Position numbers and translations under genes: made by a program. Positions 1 to 11,521 of a DNA stretch of 64,000 nucleotides are shown piece by piece. The first letter of the stretch is position 1, and each line of letters starts with the position of its first letter. Below the pieces are notes generated by a model that was not told where the DNA came from, did no database searches, and was given only the letters and a program-made list of their open reading frames with translations. The stretch is taken from positions 33,959,729 to 34,023,728 of the forward strand of contig NC_068983.1 in the NCBI RefSeq assembly GCF_001194135.2, read 5' to 3'. Source of the DNA: Octopus bimaculoides (lineage: Eukaryota).

Positions 1-369
1 AACGAATGGAACAAGTACAAGAGTAAAAAGAGCAAAGAGTAAGCTAAGAGATATTTAACTACTATTTCTAACAGAACTAGTGACTTTATTGGAACCCTAT
101 GGTCTAAATTACAATCACTTTTGATAAACTGAAACAAACGTCAAAGCATGAAGATCTATACATGTTTTTTGTTAAGCTTTTTAAAGAAGAGGGAAAGCTG
201 TGCCCATATCCATTTACAAGGGTTCTAAAACTTGTGGAAAGGTGCGAGAAAGGTATCCCTAAACTGGAGGTGTGGCCTAAGTGCTTGTAATAGATCGGGC
301 TTTGTTAAAGGCACTCAATGTGACATGTGGTGATGTTAAACTTTGCGAAAGTATCTTTTCCATCCAAAT

Positions 370-600
370 AAGCCGTGGCGGGATTTGAACTCAGAACGCA
401 AATAAACCAGAATAAATTCTATAAGGTCTATATTACGACATTCTTATAACTCGTTTAATTTACTGGTGCATTTGTTTCTTTTTTTATCGATCCTGCATGG
501 ATGAAAAGAAATTGACTATGTCAAGGTTTGATATCAATATGTAGGAAATCATGACGAATACCTCTCAAAACTCTAGCCAAAACTCTAACGTCTCTGCTAA
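370..600 (-). mobile_element. SINE family A, two degraded tandem partial copies
   Basis: GGCGGGATTTGAACTCAGAACG at about 377-398 (rc B-box region) and a second diverged copy with TTTATCGATCCTGCATGGATGAAAAG. Confidence 0.55.
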
Positions 601-840
601 TTCAATGTCTTTTTAGGTTGTCATTTTTGTTGTTTTTGGTTGTTTTTGATCTTTTCGTTGATAATGTTTAGGCTGAACATAAAACGTACACCAATCATTT
701 ACTGGGGTCAGCTTCGTTACAATGTTTTACTCCCTTCCCCGTTCTTTTACAATGGCTTCATGCCACCATCTCAGAAGTGGGAAGAAAGAAAAATTGTAGT
801 GAAGTCCTGCTTAGTATACTGGGTTGTACTACCATATTGC

Positions 841-871
<31 letters not shown>

Positions 872-888
872 CTGTGTCTGTGTGTATA

Positions 889-934
<46 letters not shown>

Positions 935-1064
935 ACATTACAATATATATTGTACTTCTTTGACAAGAAGTCCTGTGAGATAGGAAAAAGAGATTTCGGT
1001 TTAATGACGAAAAAAGAGGGATGTAAAACGACAGGCACGAAAATACTTATAACCACAATGATAG

Positions 1065-1092
1065 GACCAGCAGCAGTAGCAGTAGTATTAGT

Positions 1093-1168
<76 letters not shown>

Positions 1169-1242
1169 AAATGTGTGAAAGCAATGACAGTATAGGACAT
1201 AGAGAATAGGAGAGCGAGGGGGAGGAAAATGTAGCAGCAGTT

Positions 1243-1277
<35 letters not shown>

Positions 1278-1350
1278 AGAAGAAGAAGAAGAAGAAGAAG
1301 AAGAAGAAGAAGAAGAAGAAGAAGAAGAAGAAGAAGAAGAAGAAGAAGAA
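1065..1350. repeat. Compound trinucleotide microsatellite (GCA)n(GTA)n...(GCA)n(GAA)n
   Basis: Read directly; pure GAA tract of about 26 units at 1273-1350. Confidence 0.95.
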
Positions 1351-2094
1351 AGCTGCCTCGGGCGTCGACAATGAACATAATGTAAAGGGTAGTAGTGATG
1401 CCTTTTTTGTTTTTTCGTGTTGATGCTAAAAGAACTTGAGAAAACATTGATTGTGGAAAATGCATTAAACCACATGTCCGAAAGAATCCACTGTGTAGTT
1501 TGAAACCGATTATCTTTTAAATGTAACCACTTCTAAGTACCTTAGTAGATTATGTCACTCGTTCGCTTTCTGTTTTAAAATCAAATACAGAGGATTGTGA
1601 ACTCTACCGATCTCTGACATATTTTGTTTAGATATCAAATGAATGATGAGGCAAGTTTAAGCAGTACACAGTTGCACGTCCGTGTTTTAAGAGCAATCAC
1701 TCTGATTCATTAATTAATGGCTTAAATCATTTCAAGATGCATAATTTGACGGATTTAATGTTCCTAATCAAAAGACAATGAAAAATGTCCTTTGGCTATG
1801 GAAACTGTTTGTGAAGTGACTACACTCACTGGTTTATAACTTTGTATATTCTGTTTGGTTAATTACTATATGCTTAAACAAGTGACAAACTGAGCTAATG
1901 GGAGATAGAATCGTTTAGCTGTCACATGCGAACGAGTATGACCTGGTAGCTCCTATCACGCTTTCGGTAAATGTTTTAAATGGTGATGCTGTGCAGAGCA
2001 GATATAAAGACACTCTTGGCATCTCCAACATTTGATCCAAATGATCAGTTAGAAACTGAGGAGCTGCACCAACAGTCGAATGTTAAACATTTAT

Positions 2095-2220
2095 AGCTGA
2101 GTAAACCGGAGCAATGTTAAATGAAGTTCTTTACTAAGGGGCACAACACGCTACCCTGTTCGAGAATCGAAACTACGCTTTTATAGCCGTGCGTTCAATG
2201 CTGCAATCACTAGGTTATAC
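2095..2220 (-). mobile_element. SINE family D head, diverged
   Basis: rc GTTTCGATTCTCGAACAGGG...TTGTGCCCCTTAGTAAAGAACTTCATTTAACATTGCTCCGGTTTACTCAGCT matches the head and core of the 19890 copy. Confidence 0.6.
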
Positions 2221-2813
2221 ATTTTCATTGGCTCTACAATAACCAGTTGATATAATTCAGTGGTCCGTGCATGTATTCTCTTACTGACACTTCTTTGACC
2301 GTATAACAATCTTCTATGTGGTCGACCACCGTGCTAGACATAGTTTTCACTTGTCTCAAATAGATACTCTGCCGTCTTTAGAAAAAAAAGGATACTTTAA
2401 ACCAATAGTTTTATAACGATCCGTCGCGGTGCAGTGGCATGCAACAAGGGGTATCTAGGCATGCCGTAGGTCTTTAGAAATATTATTTCATGTTTTAAGA
2501 AATCCTTATTAATTCTTTGAGCATTAGTAGGTTTTTTCTGTAGTTCTCAGGTGTTAGTCAACATTGTATCGTTTCAGTTAATTTTCTTTGTAGGCATGTC
2601 CCTGGAAATAGTCTGATTTTCGATCTTAGACTATCTGAGAAAAACATATTTATTAAAAAGATCACTTGTAGACTTATATCTGTGTACTAATGGAAAGAAA
2701 TCCAACTGCATGGTTGAAATTTGTTTCGATCTAGGGCTTCTAGGTTTGCCAGTTCTTATCGTTCATTGACTTTGGCATTTAACCATTTATAAAATCTCTG
2801 TAGCTAGAAAGAT

Positions 2814-3012
2814 TTAACTCTTTAACATTCAAATTACTTTGTCATATGTAATGCTTATTCCTTCAGTGCTTTGAATTTATCATGTATTACCTTGTAGCTT
2901 CAAGATTTCAGGAATGTTTACTTTTAGAATGACATAGTAGGGTACATGTGAGAGGCCTGATCTGGCTAGTTCTAAGATAAAACATGATCTGTTTAAATGC
3001 TAATAGGTCTAA
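2814..3012. mobile_element. piggyBac-type MITE relic
   Basis: TTAA followed by CTCTTTAACATT at 2814-2829 and AATGCTAATAGG at 2996-3007, both resembling a CCCTTTAGCATT terminal repeat. The right TSD is degenerate. Confidence 0.5.
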
Positions 3013-4490
3013 CTTTTAAATACGAATGGATTTAAAGCAAACGCGTAAAAACTAATGGAAAATAGAAAAATAGACAAAATGGTAACAAATGATGACGGTT
3101 GTGTAATACAAATTGGACAAACCTCAGCAGATTTAAATGCTAAAGAAAAAATATAAATTGAAGAGTCGAAGTGGAGTAGTAGTAAGATTATAAGAATAGA
3201 TTATTTTAGAGTGGCTGGTGATAAAAAGCAAAAATAAATAAAAGTGTTAAAATATGTTATTGCGAAGTAATAAAATGCTTGTGATGGTCACAAAATATTA
3301 AGATAAGAAAAAGGGTGGTAAGTTATCGCGTTGAAATAAAAGAGAAACAGTGAACCAAAAATAGCATTTCCTATCTCATTATGGTTTCACAGTTAATACG
3401 AGCTCATTCAGATGCTTCGAAACTTATTTTTTCATTGGACTTTGCTAAGGTGACTTTTATTGTTTTAATAAAAGGAAATACGAATTACAAAATCAAGAAA
3501 CTGGTACACTATTACAGATTTGCTTGCGAAAACTAAAGAGTTATAAATTTTATCATCTGAAAGCATAATGTACGACTGTTTCCAATGTTGTGATGAGAAT
3601 CACAAACGTTTGTTTTAATGTAGAATTTTATATTCCCCAACTGATTTTAAAGTATTCAATGTTTATGCTTGTCCATTTTAGATTAACTGGGAAAGAGAGC
3701 AATCGTTTCCAGTATTGTATACCAGCCTGTTGACGGTTATCTTCTCCGATAATCTTGCCGTAATTCCAGGACGGTTGAGACGATTAGATATAAGCACACA
3801 TCCAATATACTTAATGGATCCTGTGAGATTTGAACTCAGGCTTTAGCGTTGTTTGTCCTACACGGTATCGAATAATTTACAAAATATCTACCGAAATGAT
3901 AAGAAGAGAGAAAGCCTCCATATTTAATGCTGCATTCGTTTAATAATTTAACATTTACTTATGATTTACAATACAAAACTGCATGGAAATCATTACCACT
4001 GAACTAGATATATCTACACGCTATTGATTACCTTGCAACAAAACAATACTCATTCCCAGTAGAACTAATTTTCTAAATAAAAGAAAAAGTCATGCATAAT
4101 TAATTTATTCCTGAAGGGAATGTAAGTTTATGGTTAGATACTATACGTTGGCCTCTACATTTCTACTGTACGAGAAGAGCTTTCATTTAATCCTCAAAAG
4201 TGATATCTAATAATTAAACAAAACATAGAGTCTAGTAAGCTGCAGATGGGTACCAGTTGTAAACTGCGATAGCATCGTAAATTTGACAAAGGTAAACTTG
4301 TAGTTTATGAATCTGCTTGGAATAGAGAAAGATAATATATCTCCTGAACACACATGAATACATATGTGTGTGTTTATTTGTGTGCGTGTGTGTATGTGTG
4401 CACGTGTGTGCGTGTGTCTGTGTGTACAGATGCATGGAAATGTATACATATATATACATATGTATGTATACATATATGTATACACATGGA

Positions 4491-4569
<79 letters not shown>

Positions 4570-4798
4570 TATATTATATAAATACACCCACACACCCATA
4601 TATATATATATATANNNNNNNNNNNNNNNNNNNNNNNNNNNNNNNNNNNNNNNNNNNNNNNNNNNATATATGAAAAAACGTTGAGTTCTATATCATCATT
4701 TAGTTCCAAAGGTTGATTTCTAATAATGATTCTTCAGATTACATTAGTAGCTTATTGTAGTAAGTATTTTTCGAATATGGAAATGCTACAAGTATAAA

Positions 4799-4980
4799 GT
4801 GTGTTAAGAGCATTTATAGAACACGTATCCTATAGAAACTCAACAAACAATGGAGAAGAGAAAGTGTTATAAGTTTTAAAAATATTTATTTTTTAAAACT
4901 TATAACACTTTCTCTTCGCCGTCTTTAATTGTTTGTTGATTTTCTATAGGATAGTTGTTCTATAAATGCTTTTAACACAC
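4799..4980. repeat. Long palindrome (about 85-90 bp arms, few-nt loop)
   Basis: Left GTGTGTTAAGAGCATTTATAGAACACGTATCCTATAGAAACTCAACAAACAAT...GAAGAGAAAGTGTTATAAGTTTTAAAAA; the right arm is its reverse complement with a few substitutions and one 5-nt indel; centre about 4883-4889. Confidence 0.95.
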
Positions 4981-5554
4981 CTTGTATATATATACATATG
5001 TATATATGAGAGAGAGAAAGAGGGAGAGAGATAGAGAGAGAGAGAGAAGGAGGGAGAGAGAGAGTGAGAATTAGAGCATTGATGAAAATGCCTAGCGTAT
5101 ATACACTGGCATTCTACGCTCTAGGTTCAAACCCCAGTAAGATTGACTTATTTCAGCTTTTTGGTGTTGATATGTAAGGCCATATTCCTCCCCTCTTTCC
5201 TAGAGACAATGAAAACAGCATGACCAGACGGGCGATAGTTTCGACCAGAATAACGGTTTGACGTAGCTCCATGCAACTTATATTTTCGCAGAACGAACCC
5301 AGGTTGTCAGGAATCTAGAAATAGCGTTAGAGTACGAAATAAATCCAAGACCGCTTCTAGATGTTAACCGTCTAATGGCCAACTCAGGTCGATAAAACAG
5401 TTGCTCTCGCAAAGCAAATTAAATAAAATTTGGCATTTTGTGGAGGGTCAAAATTGGTAACACAAACAGGACAGTGAAAACAAACAGGAAGGGCTGCTAA
5501 GCCTAAACGCGGTTGTGGTGGCAAGCGCGTAAATGAAGCATGGAAAGGAGAAAT

Positions 5555-6775
5555 CCCAGAAATAATGCGTTTTTTTTTCAATTCCATGAACTAAAAGTCA
5601 GAGGGGCACGGGATAAATATCTGCTTTAGCTTGCTATAATAGCAACTAGTAAGTTCACCTTGTGCTTATTCTTAGTGCAAGTTCTAAGGAGTGTAGTTCG
5701 ATTGTAACAGTTATTTCTTCAAAGCTATAATGCAAGTGACAAAGGATCACATGCAGCATATTTTGTTTTATGCATTCAATAAAGGAAACAACGCAACAGA
5801 GAGGGCAAGGAATATTAGTGGAGTGTATGAGGATCGGACAATAAGCGTAAAACTGTGTCACGGTGGTTCCAGAAATTCCGATTCAGAAACTACAGCCTAG
5901 AAGACGAGCGTCGTCCTAAAAAAGCTGTAGAGCTCGATGAGGACGTCCTGCAAATTCTGGTGGAATAAAATCCCATCGTAACTGTAGAGGAACTAGCAGA
6001 GAAGCTTGGGTCTGTTCATTCAACAATTCATCGACACCTGCGTGCCATCGGTAAAGTCAGCAAATTGGGTCAATGGGTTCCTCACAAACTTTCCGAGTCT
6101 AGCCGTGCACAGAGAATGAATGGGTGCTTTTACTTGCAGTCACGTCTCATGAATGAACCTTTTTTTTGAGATCGNNNNNNNNNNNNNNNNNNNNNNNNNN
6201 NNNNNNNNNNNGAATAGTGACTGGTGACGAGAAATAGTTTCTCTATAAAAATGTCAAGCACTGAAGACAGCGGGTAGGGAAAAGAGAAGCACTGGCACAC
6301 CAAGTTAAAGAAAGTCTTCACCTACATGAGGTGTTTGATGAGATATGAAAAGTTTAGTCCACTTTGAACTTTTAAATAAAAACCAAGCGATAACAAAGGA
6401 GATCTACTGCATGCAGCTTGAGCGGCTAGAAGTCAGCGCTAGAAGAAAAATGACTATCTTCTGTTTCAAGATGAAAGGTGTTCTTCCATCAGGATAATGC
6501 GAGGATGATATTCCAAAGGCTGGAGCAGTTGGAATGGGAAACGATGCCCCACCCACCATATACGCCGGAAACTGCGCCATCTGATTATCATTTATTTCGC
6601 AGTCTTCAAAATCATTTGGACGGAAAATATATGAATTCTGTAAACGAGGCCAGAGGAGTACTGGAAGAGTACTTTTCGTCATGGACAAGTGAATTTTTGG
6701 AAGAGAGGCCTTGTAAGTCTACCAGATAGATGGAAGAGCATTGTAGAAAATGAAGGAGAGTACATTTTAGATTTA
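5555..6775 (+). mobile_element. Decayed mariner (DD34D) transposon, near-complete transposase pseudogene
   Basis: ATG at 5730 (MQVTKDHMQHILFYAFNKG...), frameshift, then TVSRWFQKF...EDERRP, GQWVPHKL (6074-6091), IVTGDEK (about 6214-6234), YTPETAPSDYHLFRSLQNHL (from 6559) and C-terminal DRWKSIVENEGEY. Several stops and frameshifts. The right TIR was not found; a SINE sits at 6778-7020. Confidence 0.92.
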
Positions 6776-6777
6776 AG

Positions 6778-7020
6778 TATAACCGATAGGTTTCAGGGAC
6801 ATATACATATCAACGTTAGTTGTCAAGCCATGGTGGGGTGACAACCACAGACACAAAGACACACACAGATATACACGACGGGCTTCTTTCAGTTTCCGTC
6901 TACCAAATCCACTCACAAGGCTTCGGTCGGCTCGAGGCTATAGTAGAACACGCTTGGCCGACGTACCACGCAGTGGGACTGAACAAGAAATTATGTGGTT
7001 GGGAAGCAAGCTTCTTACAA
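6778..7020 (-). mobile_element. tRNA-derived SINE family C (head, core, internal microsatellite, tail), at the 3' end of the mariner
   Basis: Minus strand TAAGAAGCTTGCTTCCCAACCACAT...GTTCAGTCCCACTGCGTGG...GCCTTGTGAGTGGATTTGGTAGACGGAAACTGAAAGAAGCCCGTCG, then a TG-rich spacer and CCCCACCATGGCTTGACAAC tail. Confidence 0.85.
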
Positions 7021-7048
7021 TACATATATATCTATAAATGTATGTGTG

Positions 7049-7094
<46 letters not shown>

Positions 7095-7173
7095 AGTAAA
7101 AATAAATACAAAAAAGTTGGTTTTTTTGTATGATTGTGTATAGAGGAATATATTATTTTGTTTAAAAGAGTTC

Positions 7174-7475
7174 CAACACTGTCTGTTTTTTATACTTTAT
7201 TTATATTCCTGCAGAACCAATGGGGTAAGTCTGTCATTCCGGCCATGACGAAGCGAAATAGCCCTGAAACTCGATTCGCCTTTATATATTTATATTTATA
7301 TATTTGATCCTTTATATTGAACACTCAATATTTCATCTACATTCAATACTTTCTTTCGTGGTGCCATCCATTTTTATTTTATTTTATTTTATATTATATA
7401 TTGTATATTCCATATTCTATACCCCACATTGGTTCTGCAGGAATATAAATAAAACATAAAAAACAGACAGTGTTG
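7174..7475. repeat. Element bounded by a roughly 55-bp inverted repeat, with an internal hammerhead-like motif
   Basis: 7174-7227 CAACACTGTCTGTTTTTTATACTTTATTTATATTCCTGCAGAACCAATGGGGTA versus rc of 7420-7475 (2 substitutions, one 2-nt indel). Confidence 0.9.
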
Positions 7476-7560
7476 ANNNNNNNNNNNNNNNNNNNNNNNN
7501 NNNNNNNNNNNNNNNNNNNNNNNNNNNNNNNNNNNNNNNNNNNNNNNNNNNNNNNNNNNN

Positions 7561-7599
<39 letters not shown>

Positions 7600-8073
7600 A
7601 GATATACATACATACATACATACATACATACATAAATGTGTGTACTGAGTGAAGGGTTATGCGCAAAATGATTTGAAATGGAGAATAGAATGTTAAAACT
7701 TAATTCTCTGAACTAAGAAAAATCAAGCAATTCTACAAAGTAGAGGAGCTAAAGAAGAAACATTCATTTGGTATAATACATGTATTCTAAAAACATGTAA
7801 TCTAATAAAAAGAAACAGAAGTATATTTTGTGCTTTTGTATACGAGATTTGAAATAGCAAAAAATATGAAGGCAATTTAAATGTGTTAAGAATAACATTG
7901 TTTTGTATCAAATTTTTATCAACAACATCATACGTTGCTAGATGTAGACAGCGATATCTTTTGACTGAAAATATTGTTTTTTCAATAAATATTTCTCTTG
8001 TATGTTTATTTTATCGTATATGCATATGTCTATTTATTTATGTATATAAATGTTTATGCATATATATAAATAT

Positions 8074-8132
<59 letters not shown>

Positions 8133-8461
8133 TACATATACATATGCATGAACTNNNNNNNNNNNNNNNNNNNNNNNNNNNNNNNNNNNNNNNNNNNNNN
8201 NNNNNNNNNNNNNNNNNNNNNNNNNNNNNNNNNNNNNNNNNNNNNNNNNNNNNNNNNNNNNNNNNNNNNNNNNNNNNNNNNNNNNNNNNNNNNNNNNNNN
8301 NNNNNNNNNNNNNNNNNNNNNNNNNNNNNNNNNNNNNNNNNNNNNNNNNNNNNNNNNNNNNNNNNNNNNNNNNNNNNNNNNNNNNNNNNNNNNNNNNNNN
8401 NNNNNNNNNNNNNNNNNNNNNNNNNNNNNNATATATATATATATATATATATAAACAATAT

Positions 8462-8770
8462 ATGAGTATACGCATATATATGAACATGTATGTACATACC
8501 TTCATCTACATGTACATATAGATACATATCTGGGTACATGACGTTGCAAAAAAACATAGACAAAATGATAAACAAGGTACAAAAAACAACCAGGCCACAT
8601 AGAGAACATATCCTTCATTAGCTGCCACCATTAAAACACTGGCGTTTCAAAAAATTAGAGCAGGACGCATCGTTAAAAGGGCTCTTCCCACGAACACAAA
8701 TTAAATTTGTTTTGTGGAGGATAGTGGCGGACGGAAAAGATACACGCATATGTGCGTGTCTGCCTGTGAA
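8462..8770. repeat. Microsatellite-anchored repeat family G (other copies 13971-14045 and about 15800-15954)
   Basis: 8462-8536 and 13971-14045 align without gaps at 62/75. All three copies share CATATC(T/A)GGGTA; two continue GTACA(T/G)GACGTT...CCTTCAT(C/T)AGCTG. Confidence 0.75.
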
Positions 8771-8890
8771 GATGAATTTGTGTATCTGTGATGTGAGATA
8801 CATTTGCTTATCATTTCTAGCAGATTAAACGAACGCAAAGTACCGTCCTGGTTTGCATTATTGTTGTTGTTGTTGTTGTTGTTGCTGTCG

Positions 8891-8946
<56 letters not shown>

Positions 8947-10433
8947 GCTGCTGTTGACGATGTTGCTCTTGGTGTTTTTGTTCACAATGATGATAACACT
9001 TTATGTAGCAGAGAAGAGTTAAAGGCCCAAAAGCCCCAATATATATTTGTAAGGAAATAATTTAATTTAAGACGTCGATTATTACAACCAACATAAATGT
9101 TATTTTCTTAATGCAAAATACCGCATTTTGTTGCTAAGGACAATGATTGAGTAGATTAGTTATCGGGGAATTGTTTCGGTCTAAAATATTCGAAAGCTGC
9201 TTATTCTAATAGCTTTAAACATAATTCATCATGTAGAAATATGTGTTTGTTTATAATTACTTTAAACCTCCATTTAAATTCTGTAGCAGCAACGCACTTA
9301 GAACTTTGAATCTAACAGCTGTAACCTTATGATTTATATTAAATGCAAACATTGTTGCTGTTTAAACCTTTATATTACTTTTTGCAAAATATTACATGGA
9401 AAAATCATTAAGTATCTCTCTCTCTCTATATATATATATATGTATAAATACATTCATAAATACAAACATACATATATATATATATATATATANNNNNNNN
9501 NNNNNNNNNNNNNNNNNNNNNNNNNNNNNNNNNNNNNNNNNNNNNNNNNNNNNNNNNNNNNNNNNNNNNNNNNNNNNNNNNNNNNNNNNNNNNNNNNNNN
9601 NNNNNNNNNNNNNNNNNNNNNNNNNNNNNNNNNNNNNNNNNNNNNNNNNNNNNNNNNNNNNNNNNNNNNNNNNNNNNNNNNNNNNNNNNNNNNNNNNNNN
9701 NNNNNNNNNNNNNNNNNNNNNNNNNNNNNNNNNNNNNNNNNNNNNNNNNNNNNNNNNNNNNNNNNNNNNNNNNNNNNNNNNNNNNNNNNNNNNNNNNNNN
9801 NNNNNNNNNNNNNNNNNNNNNNNNNNNNNNNNNNNNNNNNNNNNNNNNNNNNNNNNNNNNNNNNNNNNNNNNNNNNNNNNNNNNNNNNNNNNNNNNNNNN
9901 NNNNNNNNNNNNNNNNNNNNNNNNNNNNNNNNNNNNNNNNNNNNNNNNNNNNNNNNNNNNNNNNNNNNNNNNNNNNNNNNNNNNNNNNNNNNNNNNNNNN
10001 NNNNNNNNNNNNNNNNNNNNNNNNNNNNNNNNNNNNNNNNNNNNNNNNNNNNNNNNNNNNNNNNNNNNNNNNNNNNNNNNNNNNNNNNNNNNNNNNNNNN
10101 NNNNNNNNNNNNNNNNNNNNNNNNNNNNNNNNNNNNNNNNNNNNNNNNNNNNNNNNNNNNNNNNNNNNNNNNNNNNNNNNNNNNNNNNNNNNNNNNNNNN
10201 NNNNNNNNNNNNNNNNNNNNNNNNNNNNNNNNNNNNNNNNNNNNNNNNNNNNNNNNNNNNNNNNNNNNNNNNNNNNNNNNNNNNNNNNNNNNNNNNNNNN
10301 NNNNNNNNNNNNNNNNNNNNNNNNNNNNNNNNNNNNNNNNNNNNNNNNNNNNNNNNNNNNNNNNNNNNNNNNNNNNNNNNNNNNNNNNNNNNNNNNNNNN
10401 NNNNNNNNNNNNNNNNNNNNNNNNNNNNNNNNN

Positions 10434-10477
<44 letters not shown>

Positions 10478-11467
10478 TATGCACTTGTGTCTATGTATGT
10501 GCTTAGTTCTAGTGTGAGTGTGTGCGCGCATATGTGTGTGTGTATGCATGTTATTAAAATGTTCTTATCTTAAAATAATTTTCAGAATAACATGGCGCAA
10601 CACAGTAATGAAATTAAAGTGAAATTCCTTCCGATATTCGTTTTGACTGGAGCATAACGTTTCGCCAGGTCACATTTATTCAAGTATTTATATTCATAGT
10701 TAAATTTCACGTAGAAAGTAAACAGCACCTAGTAACTCTGGGTGAGTATATTTATTGATATATTAGTTTGAGTTTCAACTCGTTTCTCATAGGATTATGT
10801 CAGACGACAATTTCAGACAGCAAATGGTAGATGGTCGTACGATCAGTACTGTTCGGTGACGTAGCAATAAATTATGATAAGACTATATCAATGTTTATTA
10901 AATATATTATGTATGGCTTCAGTATGTAGTTTCTTTCTAAACTCTAGTGGTTATTCGAAATATTACCCATTGACCAGATGAATATATTAAACTGCATTCA
11001 GTGAGGAAGCCCAAACCCAATCGTTCGAGAATTTCAGAGAGTAAGGGGCTACTACTCCTAGGTATGCTCAGGTTATGATAATAACAGCTGTCATGGGTCC
11101 CAGTTGTTCGTCACATCGTAGAAGATAGTTCTGTCGTGAGGCACGTAGAACTTGGAGAAAGGCTGTCCCGTTGAAATGTTTCAAATTAAGCAGCCGAAGT
11201 ATTATATGCTGGTTATGCATTCATGTCAAGTGTACCAGTTTCTCTGTCTCTGAGACTCATAAATCTTCGACCATTAAAGGAAAACGCGAGAGAAAAGGTG
11301 ACCAGTGCTGTAGACTGTAAAAAGTATGTAACTGGAGACCATCTTTGTATCATTCCCAACAAAGACGCAAATCTTTAGACTTTGGCAAATAGGTCGATGA
11401 CCACCGACTTTCAAAGCCATGCCACATGAATAGGTATTGAATATATAGAATAATACTTCCAAAACTA

Positions 11468-11521
<54 letters not shown>

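Noticed and set aside
829-1475. Poly-F/C/S/L/K/Q ORFs
   Set aside because: Translations of (GCA)n, (GTA)n and (GAA)n microsatellites.
10655-10690. Minus-strand TTGAATA...GGCGAAACGTT motif
   Set aside because: Too degenerate, with no stem II.
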